Shown here piece by piece: positions 19,283 to 27,515 of a stretch of 64,000 nucleotides of DNA; the stretch's first letter is position 1; each line of letters begins with the position of its first letter. The stretch covers positions 8,769 to 72,768 of the forward strand of contig DASWUU010000155.1 in the NCBI GenBank assembly GCA_036401515.1, given 5' to 3'. The stretch is from Steroidobacteraceae bacterium (GTDB taxonomy: Bacteria > Pseudomonadota > Gammaproteobacteria > Steroidobacterales > Steroidobacteraceae). A program made the position numbers and the translations under genes. Below the pieces are notes generated by a model. That model searched no databases. It was not told where the DNA came from and saw only the letters and a list, made by a program, of their open reading frames with translations.

Positions 19283-19654
19283 TCAGCGGGGCGAAACTGA
19301 ATAGAATGCCCAAGACCCAGACGAGCGTCTGCACAAAATATAAGTGCCATGATCTTTCATGCCACCGGACTCGATATCCAGGCGCGTCTGCCGGCAACCC
19401 TTGTGACCACCGATGTCGAGGGTCTTCACAATGGTAATTGTCCCAGACGCCCGAGTCGCCGGATTCGTCCAGTTGCCATTCTGGCCCGCATCGAGCGCAG
19501 CAACGGCTGCGGCGGTGCCAATTTTGACGTCTTGGGGGGTGAGCTTTGCAACCACAGTGTGTGCAAGGAATCCGTAGCCGGCTGCATGCGCCGTCCAAGC
19601 AGCGATGGTGGCAAGGCCGAACACAAGCACTCTGGCGGTCTTTTTACCTTGCAT
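19283..19654 (-). CDS. exported surface-antigen-like protein (COG4520/17-kDa-antigen-like)
   Basis: GGGGAGAA then ATG 19654. Signal MQGKKTARVLVFGLATIAAWTAHA. Then ...ALDAGQNGNWTNPATRASGTITIVKT...GCRQTRLDIESGG...YILCRRSSGSWAF. Confidence 0.45.
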   Translation of the reverse strand: MQGKKTARVLVFGLATIAAWTAHAAGYGFLAHTVVAKLTPQDVKIGTAAAVAALDAGQNGNWTNPATRASGTITIVKTLDIGGHKGCRQTRLDIESGGMKDHGTYILCRRSSGSWAFYSVSPR

Positions 19655-20144
19655 GGAACATTCTCCCCGTTGGTATTTGGCAAAAGAGCGTACGTAATCG
19701 CAGTCAAAAAGAAAAGCATTCGCCGATAGCAGACGGGCGTTTGAACGCCCAGATAGATTTTCTCTTTCCGCCACATGGGAATTACCAGCGTGGAGCGGCA
19801 GCTGACGGTTGTGCCTTGGCAATGCTGCGTAGGTCAAGCGGGCGTAAACCCGCCCGGGTAACCGCCAGCCGAAATTTTCGTCTTCTGCCTGTGTCGAGTC
19901 ATCAATAGGCGCTGTTCGAACTCACTTTTTTTTCAGGTGAGCCTGGACGCTATACCGAAGACGTGTAGGGCTTTCCGAATGATGCGCTTGCTGTTCGTGG
20001 CCTTAAGCGTTCCGTCGCCCCGCTCCCGGCCAAGGCGTTTTTCGCCAATCCTGCCTCAGTTGCCTCAATCGCGGACCCTTGGGCTTCTGTGCCCGATATA
20101 CGTCGTGACGTGCAAGAACCGCCCAAGCGGCCATTTTGGGACTC

Positions 20145-20546
20145 TTATACGCCCGGGATCGATCGGGCCCACCACGGCATGAGGAAGATAGCCGTATTCA
20201 CCGCGAAACCCAAATTCCACAAGAGAGTTCTGATTGTCGGTCGATTCGCCAAATATGCGGCCGCGAATCCTACTCGAACTATGAGGAAGCTGACAGCTAG
20301 CTGGTCGACTAGATGCTGGGGTTGATTACGAAACTCCGCCAAAAGTACTGCCGCGGCAAAAAATGGAAACGTTTCGATGCCATTGACGTGAGCACCGAAG
20401 GCGCGGCTAGGAAGGCCGGACGTATAGAAGCTAGGATCGCGCGGATTAGAGTTATCGAACCGGCGATAGCCGAGAGCCTTCACGGGCGCGACTGTAAGCA
20501 AGTAGAGAATCACAGCTCCTAAAACCGCCATTTCAGCACTGGTCAT
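20145..20546 (-). CDS. MAPEG-family membrane protein
   Basis: 133 aa from ATG 20546. FDNSNPRD...RAFGAHVNGIETFPFFAAAVLLAE...RVGFAAAYLANRPTIRTLLWNLG. Confidence 0.7.
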   Translation of the reverse strand: MTSAEMAVLGAVILYLLTVAPVKALGYRRFDNSNPRDPSFYTSGLPSRAFGAHVNGIETFPFFAAAVLLAEFRNQPQHLVDQLAVSFLIVRVGFAAAYLANRPTIRTLLWNLGFAVNTAIFLMPWWARSIPGV

Positions 20547-20642
20547 TGGCGCACTGTCCCACAACATGCCCTTTATGGGAATGCCTTCCGAGTGCTTCAA
20601 ATCTACTTTTCAAGGCGATGCCAATAGCTAAAATGCCGACCA

Positions 20643-20977
20643 CTAAAACCAGCGTGCGCACGGTTCTAAAGGCCGAGTGGCCTCGAGTGTCAATTCGAGA
20701 CCGGCCCCCAAGCGGACACGCGCCATATCAAATACATCGCTGTCGATGCACTTGTTCCACCGTTGCACCACTCCGGGAAGCACCGCTGGGTCATGAACGC
20801 TCTGCCACCCCAGACCTGCATCTCATTGAGCGTTGTGCCGGTGAATTCGTACGAACGACTGTTGTGCCAGAAGATCCATCCATCGGCCCCTGCCATCCAG
20901 CAGAGGGTTGGCACGAGCATCGCGAGCGTGTAGAACTGCTCAGCGATCGCGCCTTCCAGCAACCTCGGTTCAGGCAT
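20643..20977 (-). pseudogene. PAS-domain fragment of a sensor protein (frameshifted, truncated at both ends)
   Basis: AEQFYTLAMLVPTLCWMAGADGWIFWHNSRSYEFTGTTLNEMQ. A frameshift leads to GLGWQSVHDPAVLPGVVQRW...RPLEPCARWF*. This is the pattern of N-terminal PAS domains of hybrid kinases. Confidence 0.5.
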
Positions 20978-21145
20978 CTGGTCGCTTCGGTGGTATCTTG
21001 CGTGTCAGAGCTTTAAATTCCTCTGAGGAACACTCCAGGGTCGTAACGAGCTCATGTCGCAATTCCATTCCATTTAGCGCTACCATTTTGGGCCCACCTG
21101 TAGGGTACGAGCGCTTGAGTTTCTGTCGCTCAGCTCTCATTCAGC

Positions 21146-21394
21146 CTAACTTGGGCGAAAAATGTGAAGCCCCGCTGGCCCGGGATGGCTCAACGTGACG
21201 ATTCCATCGATCGCCTCCAATCGGTGCCGCAAAAAACCTAGAGCCACATCGCCACGGCTGCCCTCTTCGGGTAACAAGGCAGCTCCATCCGCTTGCACAC
21301 GCATGCTGAAAAGACTCTCGTGCACCGTAATTTCAAAATCCAGTTGAGTTGCGCCAGTTTGATTCTCCGCCACGATCAGAGCCTCTTGCCCCAC
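21146..21394 (-). pseudogene. possible C-terminal fragment of a histidine-kinase ATPase domain
   Basis: ...RVQADGAALLPEEGSRGDVALGFLRHRLEAIDGIVTLSHPGPAGLHIFRP resembles the G-box end of an HATPase_c domain. No HisKA part lies upstream. Confidence 0.3.
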
Positions 21395-21420
21395 TCTGAA
21401 AGCGTTATGGCAGTATTAGG

Positions 21421-23010
21421 CCGAAGTTTGAGCTCTTGTTCGGGCAAATAATCAGTGCAGACCGCCCGGGACCAATGACACATATGCTTAATTTGCCAGC
21501 GAAGGGCTGCAAAAAGTCCCACAGGGTCGGGTGTTGGGGGAGAGCGAGGCTGCACATCCGCCATTGCTGGGATCGTGGCTGCGCAGCTGAAGGTGGCGCC
21601 GGCGGCCTGGTCCTTCTATGCGACGCGCGATGAGACCCTCCGCGAGCATCTGCAGGAGCTGCTGGATCGATCGGTGTTGCGGCAATTCGCGCGGGGCGAC
21701 TATCGCGGTCTCACCGAGTGGATGACGCCCCTAGCGATGCAAACCACCCAAGGCATGGTGCTGGCTCAGGCCCTCGCGGAGGAGCTCCGCGTGCGGCACG
21801 TGCTCCTGCCGCCGATCCAGGTAATTGAGCATCTGTGTGCGACCGCGCTGACTCGCGCCGAACGGGCGACCTTCGACCGACTGACGAAGCCGCTGACGGC
21901 AGCCCATCGTGCGGCCCTCGATTCGGTGCTCACCGTTCGCACAGGCGAGGCCACGAGCACGCTCGCGTGGTTGCGCCAGGCTCCGGGAAACCCGAGCGCC
22001 AACGCCGTCCTGGCGCATCTGGCTCGATTGCGTGCCGTGCGTGAACTCGCTCTGCCGGTCGAGCTCGGCCGCGACGTACACCAAAATCGGTTGCTGCGGC
22101 TCGCGCGCGAAGGGGCACAGACCGCGGTCTATCAGATCCAGGAATATGAGAAGTCCCGGCGGTACGCGATCTTGGTCGCAATATTGCTCGACACCATGGC
22201 AACGCTGACGGACGAAACGCTGGAACTGCATGATCGGCTGATTGGGACGTTCTTCAGCAAGGCACGGAGCAAGCACGACCGAGAGTTAGCGGCGGATGGA
22301 CGCGCCGTCAACGAGAAAGTCCGGCTTTATGCGAAAGTCGGTAAAGCGCTGAGCGCCTCCAAGGAGGAGAAGTCGGACCCCTTCGCGGCCATCGAGGCAA
22401 TCCTCCCATGGGAGGCGTTCACGGAATCCGTTGAGCAAGCCGACCAACTGTCGCGTGATGAGGCGTTCGACGCACTGGAACTGATCACCGATTACTTCTC
22501 GACCTTGCGTAAGTACTCCCCGTCCTTCCTGGAAATGTTCGAGTTCCGGGGTGCACCGGTCACCCAGCCCGTCTTGGAAGCGCTGGATGTTCTACGAAAC
22601 ATGAACAGAATCGGCGCCCGCAAGGTTCCCGCCGATGCACCCATGGCATTCGTCCCAACCCGCTGGTCCCGTAGCGTGGGCGTCGGCGACAGCGTTGACC
22701 GTCGATTCTATGAATTCTGCGCCCTCAGTGAACTCAAAAATCGCCTACGCGCCGGCGATCTGTACGTACCTGGCAGCCGACAGTTCCGCAACTTCGATGA
22801 CTACCTCCTTCCGCGTTCGGCGTTCCGCTCGATGCACAGAGAGGGACGCCTCGGGATATCGGTGCCGACGACAGCGACGGCCTATATCGCGGACCGCCTT
22901 CAGATGCTGCGGAGCGCATTGGACGAGACGAACCGGTTAGCGGCGGCGGACGAACTCGTCGATGCGCGGTTGAATGACAAAGGGTTGAAAATCGCGCCGG
23001 TCGAAGACGA
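21421..23010 (+). mobile_element. tnpA: Tn3-family transposase relic (N-terminal half only; degraded 5' end, 3'-truncated)
   Basis: AAQLKVAPAAWSFYATRDETLREHLQEL...VHQNRLLRLAREGAQT...RRYAILVAILLD...LTDETLELHD...DRRFYEFCALSELKNRLRAGDLYVPGSRQFRNFDDYLLP follows the Tn3-family N-terminal layout. The upstream segment GRVLGESEAAHPP is in another frame, with a shift near 21560. Similarity ends after ...KGLKIAPVEDD, and the DDE half is absent. Confidence 0.75.
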
Positions 23011-23074
23011 CAATGGATACTGGATGCCCTCGACAATCACACCAGAATCACGGCGGCCGCCGCGCAGCTGTATT

Positions 23075-23512
23075 TCAAGTGGAGGCAATGTCGTCGCGAG
23101 AAAGTTCGGGTACCGGACTACGAGCAATAGAGCACCCAGTATTCAATTCGCCATGAAGACGCTGCAAGACTATCATTTGCTTGCGCAATTCCCGGCTTTC
23201 TAATCGCAACATGTAGCGTGCGTCGCCGGCGTTGTCGCCCAAACTTATCGCAGCGCGATCGCGCGATTCAGCGCGGCACCGTAACGAATTAATTTCCCCC
23301 GCTAGCATATCGCTCGCGTTTGCTGGGCTCGCTACTCTTCGGTGAAGACAACCTTCATTATCCAACTCCGAGTCATCGACGACCAGCTGCGTTTCCATGA
23401 CAGGCTCACCGCGGCCACGAATGGCCTCCAAAGTAGCTCGGTAATTCGAAACGGCCATCGTGCCCGTCTGAGTGTCGAAGCGAGTGAACAAATAAATATA
23501 AGCGTCGCTCAT
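23075..23512 (-). CDS. hypothetical protein (no recognisable motif)
   Basis: 145 codons from ATG 23512 (MSDAYIYLFTRFDTQTG...), with a weak RBS. The 3' end overlaps the non-homologous tail of the Tn3 ORF. Confidence 0.3.
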   Translation of the reverse strand: MSDAYIYLFTRFDTQTGTMAVSNYRATLEAIRGRGEPVMETQLVVDDSELDNEGCLHRRVASPANASDMLAGEINSLRCRAESRDRAAISLGDNAGDARYMLRLESRELRKQMIVLQRLHGELNTGCSIARSPVPELSRDDIAST

Positions 23513-23690
23513 AACACTCTCTGATGCAGGACCTACCACTGTAACTGTTACAAATGATTTCGTCCGTGCGGTGTCGCACATAGCCACACGCGGCAGGACC
23601 TCTGTTGTCGCGATTTGTCCCAGGTTATTCCTGCGCGCAAGGTTCGCACAGAGATTGCCCTGAAAAATGGTCTACACTCGGGGGCTTGAT

Positions 23691-23912
23691 TTAAGTCAGG
23701 ACTACTGATGCAAAAGAGCCCATCAGTCGATCGCTCATCGAAAGGCGCTGGTATAGCGCGCGTTCCCGCTCGGTCAGGAGCTGGCGCTTGGCCTCGAGCG
23801 GCCAGGGATTCGCGAATAAGCTGTCACCCGATTTGAGTTTCTTGGCGAAGGCGCCGAGGATTGCGGCAACCACCACGAGCACTATAAGAAGAACAAAAAG
23901 AGGGCTGTGCAT
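23691..23912 (-). pseudogene. DUF2726-type protein, N-terminal stub only
   Basis: MHSPLFVLLIVLVVVAAILGAFAKKL (TM), then PWPLEAKRQLLTERERALYQRL, which is the usual start of DUF2726 proteins. The domain itself is missing. Confidence 0.4.
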
Positions 23913-24029
23913 GCGCCCTATCTTATATTGATAAAATATGAGGCTGTTGAGAAACGCCCAGTTCCGGGGCATTCGCGCCGCGATGCTATGCGCCAGGTCG
24001 GAGTGACTACACGGGTTTGGGAGTCATTA

Positions 24030-24980
24030 CTAGGCTGTGAGTGCTTCGCGATTTCTGGATTCGCAATGTTTGACCAACCTTTTGATGTTTTGGGCGGTTG
24101 CGGCCATTAGCATTTGTTCTGAGACATGCCGTAGCCGACGTAGCCTAAGTCTACGAAGATTGATTTGCTCCTTAAGCTCGCCAAACAGCGATTCGATCCG
24201 TCGCCGCTCGCGCTGCGAGCATCTATACGCGTCGGTAGTCGCGAGCTCTCGTGCGCGGTCTCGGACCGGTTCAAGCCAATGTCGCAGGAGCGTTCGGCCC
24301 CTACCAGTCGTGCACTGTGTTTTAAGCGAACATCGACCACACCCATTCTTCGGCACACGGTATATGTCGGACTTCGACGGTCGCGTACTACCTACGCATA
24401 CAAGCTGCTCGCCGGCAGGGCATATGTAACAGTTGTTCTCCGGGACAAAGCGGAAATCCTTTCGCGTGAACGCCCCCGTCGTTTGCTTATAGCGATCGAG
24501 AACAGGGATGTGAGGTTCTATGCCTTTGTCGAACACCCACGCTAGAAAGTCGCCCGTGCCATAGCTTGTGTCCGCCGCGAGAACACGAGGAGTGACGCCG
24601 AGGCGCGACTTGATCCGCTCGATCATCGTACGCGCGGCAACAATTTCTCGGCTGAGCCTCGCTGTAGTCGGTTCGACATCCAAGATTACACGGTGAGCAT
24701 TGTCGATCAGATAATTATCAAAATAGCCTAAAATTGCGGCTCCGGTGCCTTTTGTCGTGTAACAAGCGTCTGGATCGGTGGTGGAGACGGTCGCTGTCGC
24801 GGCGCCCTTGTCTGTAGTATCAAAGCCGCTTGGTCCAGGGTCGAGCTCGTCCACCGGATTCAACGTCTCTACTTCCGTCAAGAATTCGCGAACCGTCTTA
24901 GAGACTTTCGCAGCTTCCGCGAGCTCACAGGCTTTCACGCGGCTTGTCCGGCTCAAGCACATCAACGACACGCGCGGCCA
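24030..24980 (-). mobile_element. IS1182-type (IS5-superfamily) DDE transposase, 5'-truncated
   Basis: STTDPDACYTTKGTGAAILGYFDNYLIDNAHRVILDVEPT...VLAADTSYGTGDFLAWVFDKGIEPHIPV...CYICPAGEQL...CGRCSLKTQC...RERRRIESLFGELKEQINLRRLRLRRLRHVSEQMLMAATAQNIKRL. The N-terminal ~100+ residues of the family are absent. Confidence 0.75.
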
Positions 24981-25044
24981 CGCTTCGATCACGATTGGAC
25001 ATATATCCGATCGACGCAAGAGTTCCAGCGTCAACCGCGATGGC

Positions 25045-25470
25045 GCTCTCGTCTGTGGCAACTTGGCGTCCAGCCGATCCCACGGTTGGGCACTCGAAAC
25101 CCAAAGTTCAACCACCGGTTTAAACCAACTAGGATCATTCAGCGTTCCCGCCTTAATCGCGGCGCATCCGGATCCCGCCCTGGCCACCCTCGCAGGCGTT
25201 CGGGTGATCTCGGTGGATCGCCCGGGAATCTGACAGTCCTCTCAACTCAGGAATCGAGCATTATTGAATTGGCCAAGGGACGTCTCTGAAATAGCAGACA
25301 AATTCGGAAGCAAGCGATTCGGGGTCCTAGGCCAGGCTAGCCGATCGGGTTTCCGTCGCACGCTTGTTTTCGTGAGCGCCTCGGTTCGCGACAAACAGGC
25401 GATTGCGTCCATGCCCACCGAAGTGAAACGCGTGGCGATCACTGCCCAATCTGCACCGGTCTTTCTGCAA
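25045..25470 (-). pseudogene. GFA-family (glutathione-dependent formaldehyde-activating-like) relic
   Basis: The C-terminal piece SGCAAIKAGTLNDPSWFKPVVELWVSSAQPWDRLDAKLP is read in the same frame as the IS1182 relic. An upstream piece CRKTGADWAV... is in another frame. Confidence 0.45.
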
Positions 25471-25672
25471 GTGAGCTTCTGGAATCATTGCCGGCAGATC
25501 CGAGAGGATGCCGACTCTTTGCTGCTGAAGTCGATTGACGATACTGTGTCAGGCAGACCAAGATATCATTCGTGTTCCGGCGAGGTGGCGAATTTACCCA
25601 GACAGTGCGCTATGTAGTCTGCGTTATCTTGCGATTACACGGCTAAAGCTTCCGACATTGTCGAGGTCCAGC

Positions 25673-26713
25673 ATGAAAGAATGGTCGAACACTTCTGAAG
25701 AGAGCCGTTCAAGTGGCAACAGTCCGCATCACCCCAGTACAGTTTTCGTAAGTCGAGCCTTTATTCGATTCTTGAACCTAGCTGCGCTTACTTGTGCTCT
25801 CTCGGTGTTAGCGACATTGACGGACGCACACTCTAGTCCATCCCTCTCTCACGGTGACCCGAGAACAAGTCCACAAGACGATGCCCCGTGTGAAATCTGC
25901 TTCTACGGTCCGGATAACATTGCGTTTGATGCCGACGAAAATGCTTACGTAACAGACGGAGACCAATCCGCACGCTTTCGCGTGCTAAAGATATCTGCGT
26001 CCGGCAAGAAGCTTATGGATTGGCACGCATTCATGGTGGCACCGAATCGGCGAAATGGTCCGGAAGGCATTGCGGTGTCAAATCAAAACGAGATATTTGT
26101 CACCGACGGTGGGGCCCTGCAAGTCATAAAGTTTTCAGCGCACGGGAGGCCAATGATGCGCATTGGAGATAAGGCGCCCGTATTCCAAGATTTAGGTCAC
26201 GTCGCCGTGGACAAAGCCGGTAATATTTTTGTCGCAGAAGGCGGCGTTAATCGAATCCAGCAATTTTCACCTCGCGGTAAGAGGCTCACAGTTTGGCAAA
26301 AACCTAAAGGCCATGGCGAGAATGAGTGGAACATGCCCGAAGGCATCGGTTTACAACCTAATGGCAACATTGTGGTTGAGGACGCGGGGAATCAGCGAGT
26401 CCTGATCGTGAACGCAAATGGCGACACTGTTTCTTCAATTGATCTGAAACACCTAACTCCGCACTTTTCTGCTGGGTTGGCGGTGGATGCGATAGGGAAC
26501 ATCTATGTTGCCGACGATAAATTGCACAGTGTGCAGATGTTTGATCCTAAAGGATCTTGGATTCGCAATATTGCAAACGGCGACCACGACTTACTGTTTC
26601 GCAGCGGGCCTACCAGCATTAGTGTCGGCCCCCACGATATTCTCTATGCAGCCGACGGCCGGACCGTAGTGAAATTTACCGTGGACGGTGAACTGCTGGG
26701 CCGCTGGCGATAG
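25673..26713 (+). CDS. NHL-repeat beta-propeller protein, secreted
   Basis: ATG 25673. Hydrophobic segment LNLAALTCALSVLATLTDA. Six repeats of the type GPEGIAVSNQNEIFVTDGG.LQVIKF / LGHVAVDKAGNIFVAEGGVNRIQQF / MPEGIGLQPNGNIVVEDAGNQRVLIV / GLAVDAIGNIYVADDKLHSVQMF. Confidence 0.8.
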   Translation: MKEWSNTSEESRSSGNSPHHPSTVFVSRAFIRFLNLAALTCALSVLATLTDAHSSPSLSHGDPRTSPQDDAPCEICFYGPDNIAFDADENAYVTDGDQSARFRVLKISASGKKLMDWHAFMVAPNRRNGPEGIAVSNQNEIFVTDGGALQVIKFSAHGRPMMRIGDKAPVFQDLGHVAVDKAGNIFVAEGGVNRIQQFSPRGKRLTVWQKPKGHGENEWNMPEGIGLQPNGNIVVEDAGNQRVLIVNANGDTVSSIDLKHLTPHFSAGLAVDAIGNIYVADDKLHSVQMFDPKGSWIRNIANGDHDLLFRSGPTSISVGPHDILYAADGRTVVKFTVDGELLGRWR

Positions 26714-27129
26714 AAGAGGCCTCACTACACCGGGCGCTTTCGGATAGATCACCTTTTAGAACCGATAGTTCGCCATCGGCTACGTTCGAACGGATTACTT
26801 CGTTTGCGAGAACAGACAAACAATGATCTGGCGGGAGCAAAGATGTTGGTGCGCAGCCTGCACGGCGTTTCGACACCGTTTTTGGTATCAGGCTAGAGAG
26901 TACCGCTGCTTCGAGAAGGGGTTTTACCGATTTCCACGACGATGTGGAACACGGGTCGCAGGAGTTTGGGGTAGGAGTAATTTACGCGCCGCTCAGGCAG
27001 CGCCTTCCGCTCACTTCTGCCGCACAGTATTTATACGATTCGTTCAATTGTGACGGCGCGGAAGAAACCGATCAACAAAACCAGCGAGGCGACAGGGAAT
27101 AGAACCGACGCCCGTCGAAGTCACAAAGA

Positions 27130-27480
27130 TTAGTCAGCAGTCGAGTTTTGATGCGACGTACAGGAAGGTTTACCGACTGCGGACAATTGTGCAGCGAGCT
27201 CGGTTAGCAGTTGTTGGAAAGTTTCCAGTTCTGAGTTACTGAACGTTTCCATGACCATATAGAATTTATCCTTGCCGCTCTGCAAGGAAGTTGCAACTCA
27301 ACCTTTTCTTTGGTTCCGATCTCGACGCACACGTTCCAACAAACCACGTCCGTTAACTGATCTATCACGCGGGTGAGCGCTCCGCAACTTCGTAATGCGG
27401 CTTCGGCATTGGCCAAAACTCTTGAAAATCGGTCAGTTCCGTGAAGCTGCGAATGAGTCGATACGCGGCCGCTGAAAAGT
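27130..27480 (-). pseudogene. MarR-family regulator relic (frameshifted, N-terminus overlapped by the neighbouring gene)
   Basis: LANAEAALRSCGALTRVIDQLTD(R)GL.. (wHTH). A shift leads to SRSEPKKRLSCNFLAERQG (wing), and another to GKDKFYMVMETFSNSELETFQQLLTELAAQL. Confidence 0.35.
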
Positions 27481-27515
27481 CACCTTAAGGGCGTATACCA
27501 GTGAGTGAAGAATGG

